From a virus: DNA of 64,000 nucleotides. Position 1 is the first letter of the stretch. Each line of letters starts with the position of its first letter. A program made the translations under genes and the position numbers. The stretch spans positions 184,417 through 248,416 of the IMG/VR virus record IMGVR_UViG_3300031420_000003; one strand, given 5' to 3'. Below, piece after piece: positions 20,550 to 30,416 of the stretch. The notes beneath the pieces are model-generated. The model was not told the origin of the DNA and searched no databases. It worked only from the letters and a program-made list of their open reading frames with translations.

Positions 20550-22322
20550 ATGGAACAAAATCACTATTACAGTCCCTCTGATATCGCGGGACGTGAATGT
20601 AAAAACATTACGTACGCCACAGACGAAGAAAAAGAGAATGACTGTGTCCTCGTCAAAGAGGTCATCCATACTAATGATGGTCGGCAGATACCGGCTATCC
20701 GTATTGCTGAGAACGTGAAACGTCCCATCTACATTACTCAACCACAGCATCGTAACCATCAGGAAAAGAAAGAATACGAAGAGCGGGGCAAGTGTCAGGA
20801 ACTGATGACGACCGATGTAAACATGGCGGCCACCATTCAGTTGGGACTCGGCTATCGGTTTGTGGACAAAAAGAAAAGTCTGCGTCAAGCGTGCAGCAGC
20901 CCTTACGTCTATTGGGCAGACTTAACACTTCCCACGTACATCAAAAACCAGTACCTCAAGAAGTGGTCACAGTTCGTTTCTGAAAACCGCATCTGCGTTA
21001 TCGACGTGGAAACCAACGTGCGTGAAGGCCGTGACCGTGAACCGAATATCATGAGTTTCATCTTGGATGATGAGATTCACTTCTTTGGTGACAAGCCGTA
21101 CATGGACCGTATTGGCAAAGACGCTGACCAGATTATTGCCAAGAAAGCCAAAGAGCTCTTAACCCGTGTGCCGTTCTTGGAAAAGGACAAAGCCACCGGT
21201 GAGGAGAAGTGGGTAGAGAAAGATGTGCTTGGCGATTTCAAACTCTTTGTCTACACCTGTGCAACCCCGGGTCAGTGTATCGTCTCGATGTTCCAGAAGA
21301 TTCACCAACGACTGCCGGACTTGGTCGTGGCATGGAACCACCAGTTCGACCACAACTGTATCATCAACCAACTGGCACAAGAAGGTATTCCGGCTGAAGA
21401 CGTTTACTGTCACCCTGACGTACCGGTTAAGTATCGTCGTTGCTGGTTTAAAGAAGACCAAGCCAACAAAAAGACCGAGTCAAAGTCACTGACCAAATCC
21501 CCAGCCGACCAGTGGCATGTGATGTACTGCATGGCCTCGTTCTACTGTGTGGATGCAATGTGCCTGTTTAAGAAAATCCGTACCCACGAAGGTAACCGTC
21601 CGAACTATAAACTCAGTTCGATTCTGGAAACCGAAATCGGTGTCGGCAAGTTAAACATTCCGGGGCTGGATTACACCGACAACCTCGGGTGGCACGAAAA
21701 GGCACAGACAGACTTCCCAGCTGAATATGCCGTCTACAACATCATGGATAACCTGTTGATACTCTTGCTGGACCAGAAGACCAAAGACTTAGCGTCGGCG
21801 TTCTCGGTACTGGCCGGTGTGTCAATGTTCGATATCTTCCCTTCACTGCCAAAGCGTATCTGTAATGCCTACACCTTCTACCTCTATGACCAGAATCTGG
21901 TGATTGGGGCAACCGGTAAGGAGATGCGTACCGACAAGGACGGTGAGGTTATCGGTACCGACGGATGGATTGTTACCCTGCCCGCGCACATGAACCAAGA
22001 GAACGGTTTGCGTAATATCTTGGCAGAGATTGGTGACTTCCATTCCGCGTTCCGTGGTCAAACGGCGGATGCGGACTTAACACAGGCCTATCCATCAGCA
22101 ACGAATATGTTAAACCAATCACGTGAAACCACACTGATTGAGCTTATCTACGTTGACGGGGTAACCGAAGAAGTACGTCGTCGTGTTGGGGTGAACCTGA
22201 CCGCCGGTCGTATCAATGCCATGGAAATTGCCACGGACTTCTTCTTGTTGCCAGACAAAGACACCGTACTTGAAACCTTCATGAAACGTATGGCCGATAA
22301 CGCGGCACACGCTACCCATTAA
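20550..22322 (+). CDS. Split family-B DNA polymerase, exonuclease/motif-A subunit (phiKZ gp82-like)
   Basis: ExoI IDVET, ExoII AWNHQFD, ExoIII YNIMD, polymerase motif A DADLTQAYPS. Confidence 0.85.
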   Translation: MEQNHYYSPSDIAGRECKNITYATDEEKENDCVLVKEVIHTNDGRQIPAIRIAENVKRPIYITQPQHRNHQEKKEYEERGKCQELMTTDVNMAATIQLGLGYRFVDKKKSLRQACSSPYVYWADLTLPTYIKNQYLKKWSQFVSENRICVIDVETNVREGRDREPNIMSFILDDEIHFFGDKPYMDRIGKDADQIIAKKAKELLTRVPFLEKDKATGEEKWVEKDVLGDFKLFVYTCATPGQCIVSMFQKIHQRLPDLVVAWNHQFDHNCIINQLAQEGIPAEDVYCHPDVPVKYRRCWFKEDQANKKTESKSLTKSPADQWHVMYCMASFYCVDAMCLFKKIRTHEGNRPNYKLSSILETEIGVGKLNIPGLDYTDNLGWHEKAQTDFPAEYAVYNIMDNLLILLLDQKTKDLASAFSVLAGVSMFDIFPSLPKRICNAYTFYLYDQNLVIGATGKEMRTDKDGEVIGTDGWIVTLPAHMNQENGLRNILAEIGDFHSAFRGQTADADLTQAYPSATNMLNQSRETTLIELIYVDGVTEEVRRRVGVNLTAGRINAMEIATDFFLLPDKDTVLETFMKRMADNAAHATH

Positions 22323-22334
22323 TCGGGAGGAGAT

Positions 22335-22535
22335 ATGTTTGCTATTCTGGAAACCACGCTGGGCATGGCTCAAGCAATTAATCCGCAACTGGCGCGGCGC
22401 ACCGCGTCACGACCTGTCACGACTGTGCGAGAAGAACCGCGCACAGAAATCCGCGAGGAAGAGGAGGAGAAGGGCCCGAGCCAGGAAGTCCAGCTTACAG
22501 CGGCGTTCCTCATCGGACGACTAACCCGCAAATAA
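22335..22535 (+). CDS. Small hypothetical protein
   Basis: 66 aa, strong GGAGG SD, followed by a terminator. Confidence 0.55.
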   Translation: MFAILETTLGMAQAINPQLARRTASRPVTTVREEPRTEIREEEEEKGPSQEVQLTAAFLIGRLTRK

Positions 22536-22578
22536 AAGAAACCCTACTACTCCTTCGAGTAGTAGGGCCTTTACTTTT
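22535..22578. terminator. Bidirectional terminator
   Basis: CCCTACTACTC-CTTC-GAGTAGTAGGG hairpin between convergent genes. Confidence 0.8.
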
Positions 22579-23099
22579 TAAATGACGTTGAAAGCGTGGG
22601 CAACCAGCTGCTTCAGGTCATTGTCGATGATGCGACGAATCAGACGATCGATGTTGTTACGCTGACCGTAATCCGCTTTGTTCTGGGACTTCGCAAACCG
22701 CGCCACGTTGTTGATGAAGATAAGGTACACTTCACGCTCGGACTGGTCAGGGAAGGTTTCCATGAAACGGTTGATGGTGGTCAGGCTGAACAGACCCTTG
22801 TTGTATTTCGTGGCCGAGGTCACGAACACACCGAAGGCGTCCATAAACGCATCACCGCGCAGTTCCCACAGCTTACGCCATGCCTGTTGCACTTTGGCAA
22901 TGGCCTGCTTCTCTTCCTGCGTACCCGTAGGCTTGCCCGGCGCAGTAGCTTTACCGGCTTCGTCCAGCAGTTCAGTGATAAGCTTGACTGCGTACTTCTC
23001 ATCCTGCGTATAACCCGCATTGGACACGACATCTTTGTCGCGCTGTGGAGCATCAACGCGCACGGCGTTGGTGTTGGTATCGTTGCTAGCAGAACCCAT
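22578..23099 (-). CDS. Conserved hypothetical protein
   Basis: 173 aa, AAGGA SD. Confidence 0.65.
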   Translation of the reverse strand: MGSASNDTNTNAVRVDAPQRDKDVVSNAGYTQDEKYAVKLITELLDEAGKATAPGKPTGTQEEKQAIAKVQQAWRKLWELRGDAFMDAFGVFVTSATKYNKGLFSLTTINRFMETFPDQSEREVYLIFINNVARFAKSQNKADYGQRNNIDRLIRRIIDNDLKQLVAHAFNVI

Positions 23100-23109
23100 G
23101 ATTCAGTCC

Positions 23110-24414
23110 TTACGTAATGTGGAGTAGGGGATCGTATTCTTCAACGACGGTTTCACGACCGTGCATCGCGCCCATGGCGTTCAACATGATGTTGGACATC
23201 CCGGTGGCGATATCGGCGGCAATCGCGCGTTCTTCCTTTGCTTTATCGAGAGACGCACAAGCCGCGCAGCAGTCCACGTGCCCCCGTTGGCATAAAATAG
23301 GTCGACGAATACGAATCGTTTTACCGTTCATCCCTTTCAGGATGTCTATGCTCAGTGGTACGAGTTTGTTGTTCTCGACCATGTGCATACCGGTGTACAT
23401 AAACTGGTTAGCGGGGGTGATGGTCACCGCATGGGTAAGCTTCGTCCCGCAGTCACCTTCAACGATACGGTGGTTCTGGAAAATCATCTGGATGATTCGT
23501 ACCTGCTCACCACCCTTCGCGGTTTCTGCACCACGCATGAAGGAACCTTCACGGGTCGAGTTGTACTTGTCAACCAGATACTCCATGCCCGTCTTATCGA
23601 CTTCCATCAGGGAGGTCGGAATCAGGGTGAAGTCCGCACCTTCTTTAAAGGCGGTCTCGATGCCGTACATCAGGAAAAGCTTACGACGACGCATCCTCGA
23701 TTTCTTGGAGGCGTAGAACTGAATCGACTGGTCACCCGACAACCATTCGGTATCCAGTGCATCCAACGCCTTCTCAATCTGCACGATAACGGCCGGGTTA
23801 TCCAGCTCGTCTTTGTGCTTGAGCAGCAGTGCGTCACGGACTTTGTAGGTGTCCGGGTGTACCGACAACGAACGCAGGGTACCGGTTGGGGCAATGGCAA
23901 TGGTCATCGGGGCAATCTCGCTTAAGCCCTGAATGAACTTCCCTACCATGCTAGGACGAATCGCCTCGTCGTTCTCGGGGTCATCGTCTTCATTATCCAG
24001 ACAGCGTTTGTAAATCTCTGACTGGTAAACGAGGGCCGTTGGGGCATCCGCCAAATACGGCATGCGTGTCCCGAAAGCGTAATAGATGACAATCCAGTTA
24101 AAGACGTAACGCCCTACCCCGGTTTCAATCTTCCCTTCAAAACCCGGATAGTGTTCGGGTATCATCGTGAAGCGGTCTTCTGCGTAGAACAACTCTGCGT
24201 TCTTGTCCGCCCCCTCAATCTTAATCCATTCACCCGGACTGTCTTCATCCGGCTCTTCCCAGTAATGGGGATAGCCGTCGATGTAGTTCAGGTCGTACTG
24301 CGAGGGTTCTTGGTTAGCTGGAAACTGACAGACGTTGAAGACACTCAGTCGCCAAATCAATCGCCGCCATGCCCCGCTATTACACGCCGCAATCAGGTAA
24401 TCAAGCTTGTTCAT
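23110..24414 (-). CDS. rpoC: Virion RNA polymerase beta' subunit (middle fragment, phiKZ gp80-like)
   Basis: beta' motifs STREGSFMRGAETAKGG (bridge-helix region), EGDCGT, RRPILC...CCAAC zinc site. Confidence 0.85.
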   Translation of the reverse strand: MNKLDYLIAACNSGAWRRLIWRLSVFNVCQFPANQEPSQYDLNYIDGYPHYWEEPDEDSPGEWIKIEGADKNAELFYAEDRFTMIPEHYPGFEGKIETGVGRYVFNWIVIYYAFGTRMPYLADAPTALVYQSEIYKRCLDNEDDDPENDEAIRPSMVGKFIQGLSEIAPMTIAIAPTGTLRSLSVHPDTYKVRDALLLKHKDELDNPAVIVQIEKALDALDTEWLSGDQSIQFYASKKSRMRRRKLFLMYGIETAFKEGADFTLIPTSLMEVDKTGMEYLVDKYNSTREGSFMRGAETAKGGEQVRIIQMIFQNHRIVEGDCGTKLTHAVTITPANQFMYTGMHMVENNKLVPLSIDILKGMNGKTIRIRRPILCQRGHVDCCAACASLDKAKEERAIAADIATGMSNIMLNAMGAMHGRETVVEEYDPLLHIT

Positions 24415-25246
24415 TTTCTGCCGTCACCCCGTATATGGTTTTAAGCGCCTGTAAGCCATCCTGAAGCGTTTGAGTAGACGGGTACCCATCTGTATTCAAC
24501 GCATCAAAAGACTTCTCTAACTGCGTGTAAGCGCTGTCAAAATCATCACACTGGGCAACACACAAGCCCACACTGTAGATGGCCAGTAATTCGGTAGCAC
24601 TGACCCCGTTTTCATCCCCGAAGTCAAACTGCTGGATAAGGACTTTCTCATCGATAACCGCCGGCAGGTTCATAAAGACCCACGCACTTGGGTTCTGCGG
24701 GTAATAACGCAGGTAGGCTGCCACCCGCGACATCCGGTCATCGCTGTTGAGGTTGTTCTTCTCAATGGTCGCCGCAGAGAGGAAGTTTTGCAGCACCGTC
24801 ATCACACGCTGTTCGACATTGATAATCAAATCTTCGATGTGCAGGTTGTCATCACCGAACACGTAGCGAATCAGGTTCTCCAGGACAAAGACAGGCGGTT
24901 CACCTGACAGCACGATACCGTACAGGGTGTCGACATCTTCGTTGGCTTCAAAGCCTTCCAAGAGACCATGGAGAATCAACCCGGTTTCCTTGGGTTTGTG
25001 CCATGCCACCTGTGGGTTAAACGCGATGCCGCATTTCGAACCAAAGCTCTTGGCACAGCGAATGATAATCTCTTCGTAACGAATGGTTTCTTCATTCGGG
25101 TCAGGAATGGGCTGATGGTAAATCTCGGTTAACGCCGGCTCATAGCCGTTGTCGAGCAAGATGGTGGTCAGGTCTAACATCGCCGCCGCACGGGTCTCAT
25201 GGCGATACATGATGAGCTGATCAGCGACATCGTCGTAGATATTCAT
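24401..25246 (-). CDS. Conserved hypothetical (probable virion) protein
   Basis: 281 aa acidic ORF, AAGGA SD, TATG element upstream. Confidence 0.6.
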   Translation of the reverse strand: MNIYDDVADQLIMYRHETRAAAMLDLTTILLDNGYEPALTEIYHQPIPDPNEETIRYEEIIIRCAKSFGSKCGIAFNPQVAWHKPKETGLILHGLLEGFEANEDVDTLYGIVLSGEPPVFVLENLIRYVFGDDNLHIEDLIINVEQRVMTVLQNFLSAATIEKNNLNSDDRMSRVAAYLRYYPQNPSAWVFMNLPAVIDEKVLIQQFDFGDENGVSATELLAIYSVGLCVAQCDDFDSAYTQLEKSFDALNTDGYPSTQTLQDGLQALKTIYGVTAENEQA

Positions 25247-25318
25247 GGTGTGTGTCCTTCGTAGGGTTCATAACATCGGCCAGACAAAAAAAGAAAGGGG
25301 GCCGAAGCCCCCACGATG

Positions 25319-25801
25319 TTACGTGTTCCCGTGCAACTGTTGTTCCAACGAGTCAACATCTTTTCCGGCTTTATTGAGTTCCTTGGACACCACCGCGTTA
25401 TAACGCCCCACGACATTTATCATGCGCATGATTTCATAACGGGGTCGGTCAAGGAATTCATCGAACGACAGGTTGAACCGTTCGCCAATACGTTCACGAA
25501 TGTACGTGTCCAACCAGATGTCCAACAGAGAGCCGGTCAGCGGGTCTTCGAAGTCAGAGAAGAACACCGAGTTAGGCCCGGTGTCATGCTCCAGTGCATC
25601 GTCGAATGCTTCCAACAACGTATCATGGGCTTCCTGATACGTGATGGGCTTCCCTTTGCGTGCCTTAAAGAGCGATGAAGCATCGAGCTTCAAGGTCGCG
25701 ATGATGGTCTCGGTTGAAACGTGCTCGCTGTCTAGCCAATATCGGCGTATTGACTGAGCCAGAGCCTCTGCATTGCGGACACCGCACGAGATAGCGCGAA
25801 A
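25319..25801 (-). CDS. -1 frame extension of the upstream ORF (gpT-like part of a G/GT assembly chaperone)
   Basis: Listed ORF 25319..25693 has only a TTG start without SD; its frame stays open back to the T-TTT-TTC slippery site at 25798-25804. Confidence 0.6.
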   Translation of the reverse strand, partial: FRAISCGVRNAEALAQSIRRYWLDSEHVSTETIIATLKLDASSLFKARKGKPITYQEAHDTLLEAFDDALEHDTGPNSVFFSDFEDPLTGSLLDIWLDTYIRERIGERFNLSFDEFLDRPRYEIMRMINVVGRYNAVVSKELNKAGKDVDSLEQQLHGNT

Positions 25802-27720
25802 AAAACCCGGTCCGGTGAAATGGTCACGATACCACGGAAGTCACCGTCCGCCTCACCCTGCGACTGCTGGCACTGTGGGCAACGTTTGCCCATGTAACCA
25901 AACACCGCCAGACGAGACATCTCCGTGAACTTCGTGACTGCCGCTTCAAACTCCTGTACGTACAGGCGGTCCGCTGACAGCTCGGCCAACATGGCTTTGA
26001 GTTCGCCACGCACGGTGGTTTTCGATACCTGTCCATCACCCTCATCAACCGAGATGGATTTGACCATGTGCAGGTAACGGGTCAGACGACGAGACTCTGC
26101 GTTCACACGCAGGTGGTTCTCACGGTCTTTCTCCGTGGCATAGTCAGTCAATGCACGCGTGGTGGTGTCATTGATTTCCTGCGCCCACTCATCCGTGACA
26201 TCAAAGAAGTCACCCAGAGTTGCACGACCAAACTCCACAGTCAGGCCATCTTTCTCAAAGATAGCAGCGGCCACCGACTTATGCTGCTGACGGTACGTTG
26301 TCTGCTCTTCGTAAGTGATGGTGTTTTCTGACTCATCTTCGCTACGCTGACGGTAATACAGCTGGCGCTGTTCGTCTGCGAGCAAACCGGTTGCCATGCG
26401 AATTGCACGGGCCAGATTCAGACGCCCTTCTTCAACGTGGTCACACGTCGGGTTCAGGCAGCTTAAGCCCCACGGAATACCGGTTGGGAACTTCGCTGCC
26501 AGCAGGCCAACAATAATGAACCAGTAGTCATCTTTATCGATGCGATCGATAAGGGTGGTCTTCAGGTCATCACCGCCAAGTTCGAGTGAACAGCCTTCCA
26601 CAAACAGCAGGCAGAACTCGATGATGTTACGCACGTAGATACCGGACGAGGCCGACATCAGTAAGCCGTACGAGTTCATCCCGACACGCGCCGTTTCCAG
26701 TGCCATCTGAATATCGAAATCACAGAAGTCACGTTCGTGCGGTGCACGGAAGCTCAGGCAGAAACCCGAGGCCGGCAGGAACACCGTGGACGGTGAACCC
26801 GACTTACGTTTACGACGCAGGGCTGCCAGTGCGCCTTTACCTTTGGTCTGCACACTGACCAGACCACGATACGCCTGACCGTCCTGCTGGATACCTTGGT
26901 TCCAGACGGTGTCATCACGGGCCATGGCCATGTCAAAGCTTGCATGACGTGTACCCGGAGCCGTAGGCGGGGTATTCGACAGCACCGCTTGCAGGCGGGT
27001 AAAGGTGCGCTCTTCTTCTTCGCTACGGAACAGTGGCGCATTACTGCGCGGGTCACGCTCAAGACTGGAGAAGAACTGGTTCACCTGCTTTTGCATTTCA
27101 GGCAGTGACTGCATCGGCCCCACCAAGTCACCCATGCCAAGCAGCATCAGGTCTTGGTCTTCAGCACCGATACTGTTGATTTCACTGGTGGCCAGTGAAC
27201 TGCCTAAACGCATACGCGGGGTTTCGGCTTTCGGGTAGTCCGGCACACGCTCTTCTTCTTTCTCCGGCATCAACGGTTCAGCCTGCGTAGGCGTCTGCGG
27301 TGAAGCCGGGGCAGGTTCTTCTACCGGAGGCAAAAAAGAAGGGGCAGCGGACTGTGCTTCTTTTACTGTCGCATCCATAATCGGAGACGACTTTATAAAC
27401 GGTGCAATCGGTTGCACCTGCTCTTCCAGTGGTTTAGCAACCAGTGGCTCCGGCGGGGTTGGTTCAGCATGAACGTGCTGATGCGTGATATTCGACGGGG
27501 CGACATCCTCACGCTGTGGTTGTGGGGCAGACTGGCTCAGCGGTTGAGCGTTCTCCTGCTCTTCCTTTAAAGCCAGCCCACGTTGTTCGTCGAGCATCAC
27601 CCGCGCCTGAGCAATGCCCAGATTCGGGTTAGCTTCCATGATGGCCATCAGTTCAGCGGCATCATTGTTCGCCGATGGCGCAATGCGACCGGTGCCCGGA
27701 CGCCCTTCATTGTTCGACAT
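25732..27720 (-). CDS. Putative tail/baseplate assembly chaperone (Zn-binding)
   Basis: 662 aa; Pro/Glu-rich disordered N-terminus; CLNPTC and CPQC pairs; slippery heptamer about 22 codons before the stop. Confidence 0.55.
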   Translation of the reverse strand: MSNNEGRPGTGRIAPSANNDAAELMAIMEANPNLGIAQARVMLDEQRGLALKEEQENAQPLSQSAPQPQREDVAPSNITHQHVHAEPTPPEPLVAKPLEEQVQPIAPFIKSSPIMDATVKEAQSAAPSFLPPVEEPAPASPQTPTQAEPLMPEKEEERVPDYPKAETPRMRLGSSLATSEINSIGAEDQDLMLLGMGDLVGPMQSLPEMQKQVNQFFSSLERDPRSNAPLFRSEEEERTFTRLQAVLSNTPPTAPGTRHASFDMAMARDDTVWNQGIQQDGQAYRGLVSVQTKGKGALAALRRKRKSGSPSTVFLPASGFCLSFRAPHERDFCDFDIQMALETARVGMNSYGLLMSASSGIYVRNIIEFCLLFVEGCSLELGGDDLKTTLIDRIDKDDYWFIIVGLLAAKFPTGIPWGLSCLNPTCDHVEEGRLNLARAIRMATGLLADEQRQLYYRQRSEDESENTITYEEQTTYRQQHKSVAAAIFEKDGLTVEFGRATLGDFFDVTDEWAQEINDTTTRALTDYATEKDRENHLRVNAESRRLTRYLHMVKSISVDEGDGQVSKTTVRGELKAMLAELSADRLYVQEFEAAVTKFTEMSRLAVFGYMGKRCPQCQQSQGEADGDFRGIVTISPDRVFFALSRAVSAMQRLWLSQYADIG

Positions 27721-28351
27721 GCGTTTCTTCCTTCAGCTCGGTGACTTGACCTTCTGGCTTAGCCAGCGTGTCGATTGCCTGCTGCTCAGCAGCGGCCTGA
27801 CGCTCGGCTTCGGACTCTTTCGCGATGTTCTCTGCCAGACGCTGTTTAGCAATCTCAACAGTGGCACCCGCTTTCACTTCACGTTCCACGAATTCGAGGT
27901 TACGGAAGTAGTCCTGCATGATTTCCAGAATCAGCCCGGTGTATTTCTGGCCTTCAACAGCTGCCAGCGTCGATTGGTGTTCCAGTGCCAGCTCAGCGAC
28001 GAACGCTGCGTCTTTCATTTCTTTCCATGGACGCACGCGCAGGTCTTCAACGACTTGACCAGCCAGACGATCGGCTTCAGTGATGATAACCGACAGGTCT
28101 TTACTGACTTGGCTGATAAGGCCGATGTAGGCAGCTTTGGTGCGCTCAGTCTGCTCACGTTTGTACGCATCCAGTTCGGTGGTACCGGTGAGCGCCTTGA
28201 GGTCTACATCCAAACGACCTGCCACTTTGCCCGACTCCGCCGTGAACATGTCCTGAACGTAGAAGATGCTAGCCATCAGCTTCTCTAAACGTTCACGAGC
28301 CAGTTTACGTGGGTTATAGGCGGGTTTCTTTTTGCGCTGGGACATTGTCAT
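27707..28351 (-). CDS. Hypothetical protein
   Basis: 214 aa, AAGGA SD, helical. Confidence 0.65.
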   Translation of the reverse strand: MTMSQRKKKPAYNPRKLARERLEKLMASIFYVQDMFTAESGKVAGRLDVDLKALTGTTELDAYKREQTERTKAAYIGLISQVSKDLSVIITEADRLAGQVVEDLRVRPWKEMKDAAFVAELALEHQSTLAAVEGQKYTGLILEIMQDYFRNLEFVEREVKAGATVEIAKQRLAENIAKESEAERQAAAEQQAIDTLAKPEGQVTELKEETHVEQ

Positions 28352-28403
28352 TCCTTACCGGGAGGTTGTGTGGTTTACACACCATATACCCGTAACGTTT
28401 TTA

Positions 28404-28784
28404 TTAGATATCGTGCGGCACAGTCACCCAAGCATTCCACTCGCTGTCGAACAGACGATAGGCAATCTTGGGGTTCTGGTCCACATTTCCTGATGGGTCA
28501 TCGCGATACAGCACGTAGCTGTACAGCTCGTAAGACGCCGTCCCCCGGATGGAGGACTGACGCGTTACGTAGTAGGTCTTGCCCCGCTGGAGAATCATCA
28601 GCCCGGCTTTGTGTTCCGTTACCATGTAGTAATGAAACGCCGGGCCAATCACAGGGTCAGTGCAGAGTGCTTTAGCGACGTCTTCTGCGCCGGGATACGC
28701 CCTTAGAACGTTTTGGAGAAAACTTGCTAAGTTCAATCCGGCGTACGGGGGTTTGGGAAGCGAAGGAGTAGGAGGTACTAGCAT
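28404..28784 (-). CDS. Hypothetical protein
   Basis: ATG at 28784 with AGGAG SD inside the helicase 3' end. Confidence 0.6.
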   Translation of the reverse strand: MLVPPTPSLPKPPYAGLNLASFLQNVLRAYPGAEDVAKALCTDPVIGPAFHYYMVTEHKAGLMILQRGKTYYVTRQSSIRGTASYELYSYVLYRDDPSGNVDQNPKIAYRLFDSEWNAWVTVPHDI

Positions 28785-30369
28785 TGCTGCTCCTGATAAC
28801 GTAGGGCGAAAATGCGATTTGGAACGACTTGACTTTCTCACCCAGTGAATTCTTGCGTGAGCTTAAGTACGTCCCGTGTTTAGGGATATCATTGCAGTGC
28901 AGGAACCAGACACGCGGGTCAATCGGCCAGCGTGTTGTTGCGCGCGGACGACCGGCAATCTGCTCGTTGAGCTGCTGGTCATCAATTGGGATTGTCACGA
29001 ACGCGTGCATTAATCCCGGGATATCGATGGCGGTACCGGCTTTGCCCGGAGTTGATACGCCGATATCGGCTGCGATGAAGTCATCATACGAATCCCCCGC
29101 ATTATACTTAAACACCTGCAAGTAGTCCCACTCGGATGCCGCGAGCTTACGTTGCAAGAATTCAGTAAAGAACGCACACATGTCAACGGTGGCAAAGAAC
29201 ACCAGTGCCTTCTGACCCACCTCGTAGTTCTTGAGGTACGTCTTTTGCATCAAGTCCCACACCATCTCGGCGAAGGACTCATGTGCATTGTACTTGACAA
29301 ACGCCTTCTCAAGCATCTTGTGGTTATACGGGGTCATCTTCGATCCGTACATCACAAGCTTCTTGTTCTCGATGCTGTAGTACAATGCTCGCACATCCAC
29401 AACCGGAATAAACGGCACCGACACACGACAGTTCATGGGGAAGCGCTCTAAGTAGCGTTCACCGATAAACTGCTTGCTGGCACCCGGCGTTAAGGTTGCT
29501 GACATCTCGACGGTTGCCGGCGGGTTCAACATGATCCCGGCCAGATACACCAGATAGAAATGTTCGTGCACCTCATCACAGCCAACCAGACCCACACCCA
29601 TTACGTCGTAGAACTTCTCTAAGCACACGGCGTTCGAGTGCGCGGTGCTGATGTACTCTTTGATGAACATCATCAGGGAGGTGGTTGAGAAGATGATGAT
29701 CTTTATTCCCTTCGCGTCCAGCTCACCGTTTAACCCCATCTGGTAGGCTTCGTAAATCCCCTCTACTCCTTTACAAACGTGCACGCCTTCGGCAGGTTCT
29801 TGCAGACCGGTTGGGTCCTCGCTACAGTCGAACTTCCACTTATCAACGTAAGAGGCTCGGTGAATCAACGCTGTCCTGACACCTTTTCTCACCATTACTT
29901 TCTGGAAGGTTTTGGTCTTACCCCGTCCGGTCTGTATCGCAAAGATGGTTTGCATCTGCCCGTCAGAACAGGCAGTCTCCACCACTTCGTTTTGGTAAAA
30001 GAAACGTGAGGTCTCATCCGTCACCACCATGTCAAAACCGTAATTGGCGAATTCGCACTTATACGGCTCGGCACGGGGATAATGATGTTCCCGGATTTCG
30101 TAGTCAACCTTATACTCTACACCCACGTGATTGAGGATGGACTGAATGCGATTCAAGAATGTTTTGTGAAAGATAAAGGTGTGAATGGTTGGCATGTGGA
30201 CATAAAAGCCATCCCCTTTCTCCGTCACTATCCTTCCGTGGTCTTTGCCCATCTTCGGGGCGTGCAGATTCGCCTGTGCCCAGTCCAGTATCGCCACTTC
30301 CATCTGGCGGACAGGCACCTCCACACGTATACCCATGCTCGTGTGGGTAATGTGAATCGTATAGCGCAT
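28672..30369 (-). CDS. SF2 DNA/RNA helicase (phiKZ gp75-like)
   Basis: Walker A QTGRGKT, DEVHE, SAT, GTAIDIPGL, QIAGRPR motifs. Confidence 0.9.
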   Translation of the reverse strand: MRYTIHITHTSMGIRVEVPVRQMEVAILDWAQANLHAPKMGKDHGRIVTEKGDGFYVHMPTIHTFIFHKTFLNRIQSILNHVGVEYKVDYEIREHHYPRAEPYKCEFANYGFDMVVTDETSRFFYQNEVVETACSDGQMQTIFAIQTGRGKTKTFQKVMVRKGVRTALIHRASYVDKWKFDCSEDPTGLQEPAEGVHVCKGVEGIYEAYQMGLNGELDAKGIKIIIFSTTSLMMFIKEYISTAHSNAVCLEKFYDVMGVGLVGCDEVHEHFYLVYLAGIMLNPPATVEMSATLTPGASKQFIGERYLERFPMNCRVSVPFIPVVDVRALYYSIENKKLVMYGSKMTPYNHKMLEKAFVKYNAHESFAEMVWDLMQKTYLKNYEVGQKALVFFATVDMCAFFTEFLQRKLAASEWDYLQVFKYNAGDSYDDFIAADIGVSTPGKAGTAIDIPGLMHAFVTIPIDDQQLNEQIAGRPRATTRWPIDPRVWFLHCNDIPKHGTYLSSRKNSLGEKVKSFQIAFSPYVIRSSNASTSYSFASQTPVRRIELSKFSPKRSKGVSRRRRRR

Positions 30370-30416
30370 AAGGCCCCTCTGAGAAAAAAAGAGGGGCGGG
30401 TGCCCCTCTCTCTTAT

